64,000 nt of DNA from Nitrospinales bacterium (GCA_965262115.1 OZ253496.1:768001-832000), one strand, 5' to 3'. Positions 8,550 to 25,856 are shown, counted from the stretch's first letter. The notes: generated by a model not told the origin, from the letters alone. Translations and numbers: made by a program.

Positions 8550-10295
8550 ATGACTGGTTATAGAAAACTTCTAAAATTACTTTCGCCTTATAAAAAGCCA
8601 TTGATCTTGGGCGCGATCTTCCTGGTCATCGCATCCCTGACCAATCTGGCCGTGCCTCTCTATATCAAAAAGCTGGTCGATGTGGTCATGGTTGAAAAAA
8701 ATATGGCGCTGATGAACAGCCTCACGTTCAGCATCGCCGGACTGTTCCTGATCCAGCTCATCTTTTCCACCGCCCATAATTACCTGTTTGATCTAACCGA
8801 AAAACGCATCATCACCGATTTCCGTATCAAGCTGTTCAAACATTTGCACACACTTTCGCTCAGTTTTTTTGTCAAACGCCGAACCGGTGAAATCGTCTCG
8901 CGCATGACCAACGACATCACCACGATCGAGAACATCGTCACCGACTTGCCGGCCACCCTCCTTCAGCAATCCATCCGTCTGTTCGGCGGCATCATCATAA
9001 TCACTTATATGAACTGGAGACTAACCGGGTTGATACTGGTGCTGGCCCCGGTTCTGGTATTGTTCGCCCGCACCTTCGGACGCAAGCTGAAAAAACTCTC
9101 AACCGAAATTCAGGACAAGCTAGCCGTGTCCACAATCATTCTGGAAGAAAATATTTCCTGCATCCAGATCGTAAAATCCTTTGTCCGGGAAAAACTGGAA
9201 AACGAACGTTTCGGCACAGCCATGGAGGACAGTTTCCAATCCGCTAAAAAACGCGTCATCATCTCTTCGTTTTTTGGGCCCAGCATTGGCTTCATCGCCT
9301 TTTCCACCTCACTCATCCTGCTCTGGTATGGCGGACGGGAAGTGATTCTGGGAGCCATCAGTCCCGGTGAGCTCATCGCCTTCATTCTATACGCCACCAT
9401 CATAGCCGGGCCAATGGGAAGTTTCGCTCGCCTGTACGCGCGCGTGCAGGAAGGCATTGGCGCCAGCAAACGCGTCTTTGAAATTCTGGATATGAAAGGG
9501 GAAGTCAGCAACATCACCAACGCCAAACCCCTGCCCCATATAGATGGCAAAGTTGAATTCAACAATGTGCATTTCCATTACCGTGAAGATCAGGAAATCA
9601 TCAAGGGCATCAGCTTTACCGTAGAACCAGGGCAAACCGTGGCTTTGGTCGGTCCCAGCGGTGCCGGCAAAACCACACTGGGCCAGCTCCTGCACCGGTT
9701 TTATGATCCGGTATCCGGAGAAATCCGGGTGGACGGCATTGTGCTCAAAACCGTGCAACTGAATAGCTACTGGAGTCAAATCGGCGTCGTGCCGCAAGAA
9801 ACCATTCTGTTTGGCAGCACCATCTTAGCGAACATTGAATACGCAAAACCTGGCGTAACAAGAGAAGAACTCGTGCAAGCAGCGAAAGATGCCAACGCGC
9901 ACAACTTCATCATGGAATGTCCAGACGGCTATGAAACGGTCGTCGGTGAGAAAGGCATCCGCCTGTCGGCCGGGCAAAGGCAACGCATCGCCATTGCCCG
10001 GGCGATTCTAAAAGACCCGCGCATCCTGATTTTGGATGAGGCCACCTCTGCACTCGATAACGAATCTGAATTGCTGATCCAGGACGCGCTGGAGCGGTTG
10101 ATGAAAGGCAGGACATCATTCATCATCGCGCACCGGTTATCGACCATTCACAACGCCGAGCGAATTATCGTTTTAGATAAAGGAAAGCTGGTCGAAAGCG
10201 GCAACCATGCCCAGCTTATGGAACAAGAAGGCATCTATCACAAACTCTACACCCTCAAAAGCCTGCAAACCAGCGTGACGCTGGACTCTAATTAG
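8550..10295 (+). CDS. msbA: ABC exporter, fused TMD-NBD (MsbA-like)
   Basis: Walker A GPSGAGKT, LSAGQRQRIAIARA, ILDEATSALD; start matches the paralogue remnant at 22851. Exact substrate unproven. Confidence 0.8.
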   Translation: MTGYRKLLKLLSPYKKPLILGAIFLVIASLTNLAVPLYIKKLVDVVMVEKNMALMNSLTFSIAGLFLIQLIFSTAHNYLFDLTEKRIITDFRIKLFKHLHTLSLSFFVKRRTGEIVSRMTNDITTIENIVTDLPATLLQQSIRLFGGIIIITYMNWRLTGLILVLAPVLVLFARTFGRKLKKLSTEIQDKLAVSTIILEENISCIQIVKSFVREKLENERFGTAMEDSFQSAKKRVIISSFFGPSIGFIAFSTSLILLWYGGREVILGAISPGELIAFILYATIIAGPMGSFARLYARVQEGIGASKRVFEILDMKGEVSNITNAKPLPHIDGKVEFNNVHFHYREDQEIIKGISFTVEPGQTVALVGPSGAGKTTLGQLLHRFYDPVSGEIRVDGIVLKTVQLNSYWSQIGVVPQETILFGSTILANIEYAKPGVTREELVQAAKDANAHNFIMECPDGYETVVGEKGIRLSAGQRQRIAIARAILKDPRILILDEATSALDNESELLIQDALERLMKGRTSFIIAHRLSTIHNAERIIVLDKGKLVESGNHAQLMEQEGIYHKLYTLKSLQTSVTLDSN

Positions 10296-10447
10296 CACGT
10301 GATATTCTTCCGTAGCTGTGATGTCCTCTTCCTTAAACTTCATGCCCGGCACGGGTACTTCGTGCCCCGGGGGGCAATAACTTTCACAGCACTCAAACCG
10401 TTTAGGCGGCATAATAAGCTATCGCTATTTGCCTCCCTCGCAGAGGG
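10292..10447 (-). mobile_element. MITE-like host repeat carrying two nested 40-bp micro-elements (10299-10378)
   Basis: Near-identical core to 50081-50161; CCCTCTGCGAGGGAGGC end. Confidence 0.8.
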
Positions 10448-10678
10448 TGATCGAGGAAAGCGAAGTCCCCAGCGACTAACCCGTCTTTAAGTTTACCGAC
10501 CTCGAAGCTCCCAAGTAGTCGAATAGTTTTCCCGTTCCAAAAATTTTATTGCCGGAACCGGTTCCGTGCCGGGATGTTGATTTTTGGCAAAGTTGGTTAG
10601 ACACGGGCTATCCACAATTTAAAAACCTGTTTTCGGAAAAAAAGTTAAAAAAATCGTATTTTTATTGATATTTAGGTC

Positions 10679-10707
10679 TTGCTTTTCAAATTTTCAGGGT
10701 CTATTAT
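10679..10707 (+). promoter_or_regulatory. rrn promoter
   Basis: TTGCTT-17-TATTAT; boxA-like GCTCTTTGAAAA near 10868; same sequence in copy 2. Confidence 0.65.
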
Positions 10708-10957
10708 TATCGAGTTGATGAATTTGCCTGCAATCTTTATCTGAAAGTTTTTTCCGGACAAAATTTTGGAAAAGGCTTTCAAATAGAGATTTCTTGCCTT
10801 TTTTTCAGAAAACAAATCAGTTGAAATATTATCCAAACTGCGTAAACTGTTGCGCTTTTTGGACTTCGCTCTTTGAAAATTGAATAGGTGTCAAAAGATG
10901 TTGCGGGTCTAGCAACAATTACTTTGAAGTAAAATTGGATTAAATTTCCATGTTTTA

Positions 10958-12487
<1,530 letters not shown>

Positions 12488-12606
12488 CACTTATCACTTT
12501 TAGTGATACAGCGCTATCTAGATCGATACCTGCAATGTCTTTGGCACCTATTCTTTCTTAATTATTAGGACACTTCAAAATTGGAAGTGCGCTTTAAGCC
12601 TATGAC

Positions 12607-12683
<77 letters not shown>

Positions 12684-12686
12684 CTG

Positions 12687-12778
12687 CTAGCCGCAGGGGC
12701 AGTGAGCAATCGCTTTTTATGGGGGACAAAAAGTTGTCTCGGCTTAAAGGGGTATTGCTAATCCAGCCCTCCCCCACG
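12687..12778 (-). mobile_element. Empty host-MITE copy inside the 16S-23S spacer
   Basis: Reverse complement ...CTTTAAGCCGAGACAACTTTTTG...TTGCTCACTGCCCCTGCGGCTAG aligns by eye with 50013-50184 minus its insert. Confidence 0.6.
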
Positions 12779-12816
12779 AGAGTGGGTATGGAGTTTGAGT
12801 CTGAAGATCCCGTAAC

Positions 12817-12889
12817 GGGGGTGTAGCTCAGTTGGGAGAGCGCCTGCCTTGCACGCAGGAGGTCATCGGTTCGATCCCGTTCACCTCCA
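12817..12889 (+). tRNA. tRNA-Ala(TGC)
   Basis: GGGGGTGTAGCTCAG...TTGCAC...CACCTCCA; CCA not encoded. Confidence 0.98.
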
Positions 12890-13003
12890 TACTCCGGATT
12901 TGTGAGTGTCAATAAAAGTTTAGTTTTTTTTGAAAAAGCCCCTGGCGGGGCGAATGTTCTTTGACAATTGAATATAGTTTGAAGTAGCTGAGGATAAAAT
13001 TTT

Positions 13004-16035
<3,032 letters not shown>

Positions 16036-16090
16036 TATTTTTTCCCCACTACTTCAGACTAATTCAATTGTTAATTCTAAAAATCGGATT

Positions 16091-16208
<118 letters not shown>

Positions 16209-16399
16209 TTTTATTCAAAACGCCGTCAGCTTTATGCTGACGGCACTCCTGCCGATAAACTCAATGAAGCCTTAAATCTACTTTCCCTGGCATTCCAGGT
16301 TTTCACCAGGCTTTTTGCGGATTCCAGGCTGGTCAATAAAATTTGCCACGGCTCTTCATGTAGAACCGAGACTAAAGTATGTCATTTCATTTTCTCCAA

Positions 16400-16692
16400 A
16401 CCAAACCAGATCAGGGTAGTCACAAGGTTTGTTGGGGGGGGGGGCTGTTTTACCTTTCCCAGGCAGTAGAAGCACACCCGAACAGGATATACGGGTAGGT
16501 AAAGTTACGAGCACACTTAAGGCATCCGGCGAAGTTTTTGACTGGATGGAAATTACCGGAGAACTGTTGAAGATTTAGAGAGAGGCCTAGTTTTATATAA
16601 AAGATTCGGATTTTAAATCAAAATCAACTTTTTCACTGCAAACGGGGAAAATTAAAGATACCACCCCTCTAACCCTACCCGTCGGCCAATAA
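16400..16692 (+). pseudogene. 3' remnant of the 3780-4877 lipoprotein
   Basis: Fragments NQIRVVTR, SQAVE, GKVT..GEVFDWMEITGELLKI, FYIKDSDFKSKSTFS, TLPVGQ* match that protein's C-terminus, with frameshifts and a stop. Confidence 0.85.
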
Positions 16693-17164
16693 GCTACGGT
16701 TATTATCCGTTCGCCTTTTAAGATCGCTTCTTTTGCCCATCAAATTGTCGATAAAAAGTTTGCCATCCAAGTGATCTATTTCATGTTGAACAGCTCGTGC
16801 TTCATATCCCTCCATTTGGTAAGTCACATTCTTACCAAACCTGTTTTGGGCATCAACCTTGATAAATTGTGAACGATTAACCTTCCCTTCCAATGTTATT
16901 TCCTTCGTAGAAAGTAATAACTGGATTAACCAGAACCAAACGACCATGATTCTTGTGTTGCGGGCGGGAAGAAACATCAACAACAACTATCCGTCTGAAA
17001 AAACCTGCCTGAGGAGCCGCAATTCCTACGCACCCCAGTAGAGCCATTAAAGTTTCTTCCAAATCAGAAATATAACTTTCGACATAGGCATCAAAAGTTT
17101 CAACAGGTTGAGATACCTGTCTTAACCTTTTATCTGGATAAACCAGAATTTCAAGCCTGGCCAT
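16675..17164 (-). pseudogene. def: Peptide deformylase paralogue, frameshifted
   Basis: Two ORFs join at GREG|KVNR; the CLSVPDYT segment with the metal-binding Cys is deleted. Confidence 0.9.
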
Positions 17165-17689
17165 TTAACCTACCATAGCGTCAATGGGAACCAAATGTAC
17201 AACAATATCCTTTTCAGTTTTTAAGGGTTGCAGGCACCCTTCCAAACTTGAAAAATCACAATCTGCCACTCCTTCGATATGCATTATATAAATGGGCTTA
17301 TCCGGACTTCCTACGACATCTGATTCAAGGTTTAAAATATTTATATTTAATTTTGCTAACGAGTCCGTTACTATCGCAACAATTCCAGTCTTATCAGCAC
17401 CGTGAACACTCAACCTGAAATCAGGTTCAACATGTTGGTGCAAATCACCTGTAATTTTATTGATATGAAAAAACAAATCCATTTTTTCCCCCAGAGGACG
17501 CAGCAAATTTTCAATCTCCTCTTCTTTAATACCGATTTGCAACATAAGCATTATAGTAAAGTTTCTTCCCAATCGTGCCATCGAAGCTTCACCCAAATTT
17601 CCTCCTGCTTTAAATAAAATTTGACTGCCTTCTGCGACAATCCCGGGACGATCTTTTCCTACCGCAGTTAGCATATACCAGCTTCGCAT
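17165..17689 (-). CDS. Tandem ACT-domain protein, second copy
   Basis: Full-length paralogue of 5426-5950 (GKDRPGIVA...PIDAMVG). Confidence 0.85.
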   Translation of the reverse strand: MRSWYMLTAVGKDRPGIVAEGSQILFKAGGNLGEASMARLGRNFTIMLMLQIGIKEEEIENLLRPLGEKMDLFFHINKITGDLHQHVEPDFRLSVHGADKTGIVAIVTDSLAKLNINILNLESDVVGSPDKPIYIMHIEGVADCDFSSLEGCLQPLKTEKDIVVHLVPIDAMVG

Positions 17690-17933
17690 TAAACCCCTCT
17701 ATCCATTTTGATTTTCCAACTCTATTTGAAATAATTCCAGAGCCTCTTTTATTCTTTCAACTACAAATCTTTTTTTGGTCGGCGTGGCATTTTCCTAATC
17801 TACTGATACGCTATTCTTTATAACTAAAAAATCAAAACATCAAACAGGCAGGCCTCCAATGCCTCGCAAACTCATAACTCCAGCACGCTCACAGTACCTT
17901 CATCCTCTCATGCCAGCCATACAGCAGATATCA

Positions 17934-20297
17934 TCAAAACCGTACCTTCATGTTGAGATATCCCGCAACAGAGTCCTCCTGTCCTGACCTGTGCATGTAC
18001 TCAACATCTCCCCCAAAGACAATGTCATCGTCAAGGGAATAGTCCAGTTTCAGACCGGCATAACCACCATGAATCATATCATCGCCCGGGATCCGGTAAG
18101 AAACAATATCCCCGTCACCCAAACGGGCACCGCCACGGTCGCCACCGTAATACGCGATTGTCCCACCACCACGCAACTCAACCTCTCCACGACCATCGGC
18201 AAAACCTCGTGTCAAAGCAAGCTGCGTACGGGCATCCACAATATTCGTGTTGCGGTGCATGAAGTTGATATTCGAATGCACAGTACCTTCCTCCGTATAA
18301 CTACCAAAACGCCCGTAGGTGTAAGCCAGCTGCACACCAGGACGCAACTCAAAACCATCACCCAGTGAATGGGCATACGTCATCGACAAAGACGGACTGA
18401 CATAAAAACTGTCGTAATCTCCCTTCGCTGTCTCATATCCGGATAGATTACGCACCAGACGCTCACTGTCATGAGATGCGTACCCCAGCATTAATGAACC
18501 ATCCAGAGTGAACCCGTCATTTGAATGCTCCCCATAAACCCCGAAAAACACACGGCTGGCAAAATCCCGGACAGAAGTCGCAGAGGTACGAATGTCTCCC
18601 CGACCCCCACCTGCGAATACCCCCGCACGCACTCCATCCGACAGACCCGGAATATCATACCCCAGAACACCCCCATAAAAATTATGACGCCAGGATTGAG
18701 CAAGACCCTCTCCACCACGTTTCATATAACTACCTGAAAAACTCCCCCAGACACCCTCGCCAGACTCACCCCCCCCAGGCGACGCGAGATGTTGAAATAC
18801 CCGACGGTGAATCCGGCCTGTGGTCGCACCCAAAGTGATACGGGTGGCGGATTGCCCTGTCGGGTCAACCAAAACCACCAGAGTATTACCCGCATCACTA
18901 TGTCGTATCTCCAACCTTTCCATCTTCGAACACATGTAGTCTTCGCCCACAAACTCCGAACACAGGTTGACCTCCTCTGCCCCCTTAAAAAAATACGTCG
19001 CCGAATGCGGGTAATCCGCGTAAACTTCCACCACATCGTTGTCTTCTTTCTCCGCAAGTTCCATAACGAGGGTTAAAATATCCTCAGGGGTAGCATCGTT
19101 GCTCGCAGGTTTCCCAGCGCGTTTTAAAAAATCCCTAGCCTCAACCCTGCTCTTAGCCTTGTCGTCACCCCCAAAGTCCTCCTCAACGCGTTTTAAAAGA
19201 TCCCTAGCCTCGTCACCCCCAAGGTCGACTCGCCCAACAACACTCGCCCCTTGCAAAAGCTTCAACGTCTGACTGCCGCGAAAAGAACCTTTCACCGCAT
19301 AAGAACCCGCGCCGGCTGCCGATACACTACCGCCAATCACAATCCGGGCATTACCCCCCGCATAAATACCATGGGACTTATCCCCACTTGTTGTAATTGA
19401 GCCAGTGCTCGTGATCTTCGTTCCGGAGGACTCCTTCCCGTTGGGGGTCCGCGGCAAATAAATACCATGGGACTTATCCCCACTTGTTGTAATTGAGCCA
19501 CTGTTCGTGATAGTCGTTCCGATGAGGGAAGGGTCGGAGATCGCCGCCGCATAAATACCATGGGAATTACCCCCAAACGTTTTTATTACACCTGTTGCAC
19601 TATTCGTGATAGTCACGTCATTACCCCGAGTAACACCAATACCTTTGGAAGCAGTGCTCATGATTCTAGATCTCGTCAGCCCTGGTAGTTGTTCGGTGGT
19701 GCCAACTGTTATCTTGCCGCTATTTATGATAGTCACGTTATTGCCGGACGACGATAAAATACCGGAGGAGGCCCCACCTATTGTCTTGTCGTCCGGAAAT
19801 AACGTGACATCCCTGATCACATCTGTTATCTCGCCTCTATTCTCGATCCTCACGCCATGGCCGAACGATAAAATACCGGTGAAACTACGTGCATTCTTAG
19901 TGGAAGGTCTCAACTCTATTACACCTGTTTTACCATTGGTGATAGCCGCACCTGGACCCATAGATAAAACACCACTGCCTATATCTAGCGAGTCGGCGGC
20001 TACAGTAACCGCAATCGTACCGTTATTGGTGAGATTGGTACCCGCAGCAGTAAAATTAACAACAGTGCTTGTGCATTTTGTGCCCTCCGAAATGGTCATC
20101 TTATTCGCCGAAACGGTCCCCCTCGGCACTGTGCTATCCGGATTCGAGCAAAAACTTGGTAACATATCCTGGGCAAAAACAGGCCCTGATGAAAAAAAAG
20201 ACAAACCAGACACAAAAGCCAGTACAATCGCACTCTGCTGAAATAACAAGGTAAAACTAAAACTGGATTTCTCACTTCTTTTCAATGATGCAGACAT
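17934..20297 (-). CDS. Autotransporter (type Va) adhesin-like protein
   Basis: Signal peptide (VFA|Q), Gly/Thr/Ser-rich beta-helix repeats (GSITTSGDKSHGIY twice; 43-bp exact DNA repeat at 19362 and 19458), C-terminal beta-barrel ending in F. Confidence 0.85.
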   Translation of the reverse strand: MSASLKRSEKSSFSFTLLFQQSAIVLAFVSGLSFFSSGPVFAQDMLPSFCSNPDSTVPRGTVSANKMTISEGTKCTSTVVNFTAAGTNLTNNGTIAVTVAADSLDIGSGVLSMGPGAAITNGKTGVIELRPSTKNARSFTGILSFGHGVRIENRGEITDVIRDVTLFPDDKTIGGASSGILSSSGNNVTIINSGKITVGTTEQLPGLTRSRIMSTASKGIGVTRGNDVTITNSATGVIKTFGGNSHGIYAAAISDPSLIGTTITNSGSITTSGDKSHGIYLPRTPNGKESSGTKITSTGSITTSGDKSHGIYAGGNARIVIGGSVSAAGAGSYAVKGSFRGSQTLKLLQGASVVGRVDLGGDEARDLLKRVEEDFGGDDKAKSRVEARDFLKRAGKPASNDATPEDILTLVMELAEKEDNDVVEVYADYPHSATYFFKGAEEVNLCSEFVGEDYMCSKMERLEIRHSDAGNTLVVLVDPTGQSATRITLGATTGRIHRRVFQHLASPGGGESGEGVWGSFSGSYMKRGGEGLAQSWRHNFYGGVLGYDIPGLSDGVRAGVFAGGGRGDIRTSATSVRDFASRVFFGVYGEHSNDGFTLDGSLMLGYASHDSERLVRNLSGYETAKGDYDSFYVSPSLSMTYAHSLGDGFELRPGVQLAYTYGRFGSYTEEGTVHSNINFMHRNTNIVDARTQLALTRGFADGRGEVELRGGGTIAYYGGDRGGARLGDGDIVSYRIPGDDMIHGGYAGLKLDYSLDDDIVFGGDVEYMHRSGQEDSVAGYLNMKVRF

Positions 20298-20718
20298 CCC
20301 CCCTCCATTTCTTATCTTAACTGTTTTATTAATTCTTATATCTTATTAATGCTTATTTTAATTCTTATATCCTTACTACTTATTAATTGACAAGCTTATA
20401 TTTCCGGCACAACAGATCCCGATTTGAGCCCAAACCAGTCCAGTCATACCTGATTTCCCAGGTATACCAAGGCTGGTTGGTTAGCAAAGATTAAACCAGC
20501 AATACCCGCACGGAACTGTAACTCATTTTTGATTAAAAAACAATTACTTTTCTTTCAATTTTTTTCAACAAACTTGCACGGAGAATCGTCTAGCCACCCG
20601 AACGTTCTTAATGCCTTTTTGCCTTACCCGGCTATTCAGGCGAGTCAGAATATAGCAACTTAATACGCTTGATCCGGGTCCGTGCCGAGAACCTGACTAT
20701 CAGCTTCCCGAGTCTCCA

Positions 20719-21825
20719 CTAACCTCCTGCCGCCCCACTCCCCACTTTTCCATAAAGCGTATCCCTTTCAACCGCGTTTCTACCTGCTTCCGCAATCATC
20801 CTCACAATCTGACCCTGATGGAAAATCTGGTCTGTGGCCGCTCCGGCCGCGTGGATGATTTTTTCCTCAACAACTGTTCCATCCATATCATCTGCACCAA
20901 AGGATTGCGCTAACTGTGCTATTTTTGGCGTAATCATTATCCAGAAAGCTTTAATATGTGGAAAATTATCCAACATCAATCTGGAAACTGCCAATGCCCT
21001 TAAATCCAGTTGACCCGGTGTGGTCTTTAAAAATTCCAGCACCGTATTTTCAGGATGAAAGGCCAGCGGGATAAAGGTGACAAATCCTTTTGTGCGATCC
21101 TGCAGTTCCCGCAACCGAACTAAATGGTCAGCTCTTTCTTCCACAGTCTCCAGGTGACCGTATAACATCGTTGCATTACTTTTTAGTCCCAGCTCATGTG
21201 CCGTTTCATGAACACTCAACCAGTGTTCCCCGATTAATTTCTCACCGCAAATCTTTTTTCGCACTCTTTTGGCAAAAATCTCCGCACCCCCTCCAGGGAT
21301 TGATCCCAGGCCGGCTTCTTTAAGTATCATCAGGGTTTCATTCAAGGGAAGTTTGGCCATTTCTGCCAGATAACCCAGTTCAATGGCAGTGAAAGCCTGA
21401 ATGTGAACTTCAGGAAAACGCTCTTTCAATCCCTTCAACATATCCAGGTAATACTCAAAAGGCAGATCAGGATGCAGCCCCCCTACAATATGAAACTCGC
21501 TGACATCGCCACCATTATATTTTTCCGCATCTGAGAAAATCTCATCCAAAGACTTTTCATAAGCATGAGGATGATCCTCTTTCACCCCAAACGCGCAAAA
21601 CTGGCAACTGTGTATACAAATATTGGTAGGGTTGATATGACGGTTGTGAATAAAATAGGTCGTATCCCCATTCATCCTCTCACGAACATGATTAGCCAGA
21701 TAACCCACACCCAAAAGATCCGGACTATTCCAAAGCATCACCCCGTTTTCTAAAGACAGTCGCTCCTGAGCTCTTACTTTTTCATATATAGAATTCAGGT
21801 TTTTATCTTCAAACTCAAAAAGCAT
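20719..21825 (-). CDS. mqnE: Aminofutalosine synthase, second copy
   Basis: Intact paralogue of 6265-7377 with CIHSCQFC. Confidence 0.88.
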   Translation of the reverse strand: MLFEFEDKNLNSIYEKVRAQERLSLENGVMLWNSPDLLGVGYLANHVRERMNGDTTYFIHNRHINPTNICIHSCQFCAFGVKEDHPHAYEKSLDEIFSDAEKYNGGDVSEFHIVGGLHPDLPFEYYLDMLKGLKERFPEVHIQAFTAIELGYLAEMAKLPLNETLMILKEAGLGSIPGGGAEIFAKRVRKKICGEKLIGEHWLSVHETAHELGLKSNATMLYGHLETVEERADHLVRLRELQDRTKGFVTFIPLAFHPENTVLEFLKTTPGQLDLRALAVSRLMLDNFPHIKAFWIMITPKIAQLAQSFGADDMDGTVVEEKIIHAAGAATDQIFHQGQIVRMIAEAGRNAVERDTLYGKVGSGAAGG

Positions 21826-21914
21826 AAAAAGTCACACGCGTTAAATTAATAATCAGGGAGCAAAAATTATACCGGACTTCACGTTAATGAGGAATAAAGT
21901 AATTGAGCAACCAT

Positions 21915-22793
21915 CTACATCCACACACAATCAGCGATAACAAAAACCATAAGACCTGTACTGATAATTCCATTCATATTGAAAAATGCAACATTTATTT
22001 TTGAAAGGTCGTCCGGGCGCACCAGCGAATGCTCATACATCAATAATCCGGCGACAATCACCACCCCGACAGAATACAAAATCCCCAATTCACCAACAAA
22101 TTGCAAAAGCACGAATAGAAAAAGAATCATTAACCCATGCGAAGCAAACGCAATGCGCAAGGCATTTGCAATACCATATTTTTGCGGAATGGATTTTAAA
22201 TTACTTTCCCGGTCAAACTCCACATCCATACAGGAATAGAGGATATCAAACCCTGCCAGCCAGAAAACCACCGCCGCCGCCAACAGCAAAGAAACAAAAG
22301 AAATTTCTTCACGAATGGCCACCCAGGCACCCACCGGTGCAATAGAAATGGCAAGCCCCAACCAGAAATGCGAATAGGCAGTAAAACGTTTCGTCAGCGA
22401 ATAAAAAAATACGCTTATGAGTGCCAAAGGTGAAAGATATAACGCAAGCTCGTTCAACTTACCCGAAGCAAAAATAAAAATTGCAGAAGATGCGATCAAA
22501 AATAACCAGTAACTCTTCACATCCACACGACCCGAAGGTAAAGCCCGACCCTGAGTGCGCGGATTCTTCAAATCAAACCGTGCATCTATAATACGATTAA
22601 ATGCCATGGCCGCGCTTCTCGCACCGACCATACAAACAACAATCCAAACCATCTTCCCGGTTTCAGGCAAGCCTCCGGCCGCAATGAAAGTGCTCATCAC
22701 GGCAAACGGCAACGCAAAAACCGTGTGCTGGATTTTTATATCCGCAAATATAGCTGAAAGTTTCGCCAACAAATAAACCTCTCCCCCAATCAC
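21915..22793 (-). CDS. ubiA: UbiA-family prenyltransferase (MqnP-like), second copy
   Basis: Intact paralogue of 7480-8337; start uncertain. Confidence 0.88.
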   Translation of the reverse strand: MIGGEVYLLAKLSAIFADIKIQHTVFALPFAVMSTFIAAGGLPETGKMVWIVVCMVGARSAAMAFNRIIDARFDLKNPRTQGRALPSGRVDVKSYWLFLIASSAIFIFASGKLNELALYLSPLALISVFFYSLTKRFTAYSHFWLGLAISIAPVGAWVAIREEISFVSLLLAAAVVFWLAGFDILYSCMDVEFDRESNLKSIPQKYGIANALRIAFASHGLMILFLFVLLQFVGELGILYSVGVVIVAGLLMYEHSLVRPDDLSKINVAFFNMNGIISTGLMVFVIADCVWM

Positions 22794-22850
22794 GATCTAC
22801 AAAAAAAATATGATACATTAATCAACTTAACCAAAACCTGCACAATTTAA

Positions 22851-23356
22851 ATGAAAAATTACCGGCAACTCCTGATTCTTCTCATTCCCTGCAAGAAAGC
22901 ATTGTATGCAGGAGCGGTCTGTCTCGTCATTGCCTCATTGACCAACCTCGCCGTCCCCTTCCATATCAAAAAACTGGTAGACGTGGTCATGGTTGAAAAA
23001 AACATGGCATTGATGGCATACCCATTAATACCGTTCAACAAGCCAGCTACTGGCAACAGATCGGCATCGTGCCCCAGGAAACCATTTTGTTTGGTGGCAC
23101 CATTGTAGAAAACATCGAATACGCCAAACCGGGAGTCACCAAGCTGGAAAGGCTTATGGAGGGACGTACTTCGTTCATCATTGTGCATCGGTTATCCACA
23201 ATTCACAACGCCGAGCGCATTATTGTATTGGATAAAGGCAAACTAATCGAAAGCGGTAATCATAGAGAGTTGATGGATAAAGAAGGTTTGTACCACAAAC
23301 TCTATACCCTCAAAAGCTTGCAAATGGTGCAGGAAGCCAACACAGGTTCGCAATAA
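22851..23356 (+). pseudogene. msbA: MsbA-like ABC exporter remnant with two internal deletions
   Basis: N-terminus (to VEKNMALM) fused out of frame to IDG...VPQETILF...AKPGVT, then directly to LERLM...LYTLKSLQ; Walker A, signature and Walker B are lost. Confidence 0.92.
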
Positions 23357-24326
23357 CCTTTATTATCCCAGGTAAACATTTTTCTATACTTGATGATCTT
23401 TCATTTTGTGCCTGGAATCAGAAAAAAAAGGGTTGCGGATTTCCTATATTATGGCAACGATGCTTTGAACCTTGTTCGCCCGTTTTCAGGGCTTCCCGTG
23501 CTGGTATTACAGGTCTGGTTTTTGCCTTCCATCCCTCAATAAGCTTCTGCAAGGCATTGGCACTGTCACTTGCAAATTGTTTTCCCCTTTTTGGTTTTCA
23601 GAAACTGTATTTTGGCAGCGATTTCATGAACGAGCTTCCATGGTATTTTCAATTGTTGTCTGCTGTACCAATTGTTGTCTGCTGTACAAGGAGTGATCGG
23701 TTTCATCCTGCTGTTTTTAATTGGTCTTGGTTTACGTAATCGGTTCCGTTTGAGATAAGGCCAGATGTGGACAAGGGTTCATGCTTTTGAAAAAGGTGTC
23801 GACATGAGTCATGACATAATAGCTTAAGGCTTATTTTGATGATGGCGGGATTGATAAGCGGGCGCGTATTGCGATGCCAAATACCCTGGCTCTTCTTTTC
23901 TCGCCAATCGGATAGAGCGTGTGGGGGATGATTTCTTCTCTGTTTCCAGTCCTCCTCACGATTTAACGGGTTCTTGTTGTCGGAAAGATTAATGAACAAA
24001 TGCCGGGGTGATTGAAAAAAAATCGTATTTTTATTGATATTTAGGTCTTGCTTTTCAAATTTTCAGGGTCTATTATTATCGAGTTGATGAATTTGCCTGC
24101 AATCTTTATCTGAAAGTTTTTTCCGGACAAAATTTTGGAAAAGGCTTTCAAATAGAGATTTCTTGCCTTTTTTTCAGAAAACAAATCAGTTGAAATATTA
24201 TCCAAACTGCGTAAACTGTTGCGCTTTTTGGACTTCGCTCTTTGAAAATTGAATAGGTGTCAAAAGATGTTGCGGGTCTAGCAACAATTACTTTGAAGTA
24301 AAATTGGATTAAATTTCCATGTTTTA

Positions 24327-25856
<1,530 letters not shown>

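Noticed and set aside
16434..16445. Poly-G tract as a phase-variation switch
   Set aside because: It lies in an already fragmented pseudogene.
23400..24010. Short ORFs and a 19-bp tandem duplication (CAATTGTTGTCTGCTGTAC) before rrn copy 2
   Set aside because: No recognisable domain; probably decayed DNA.
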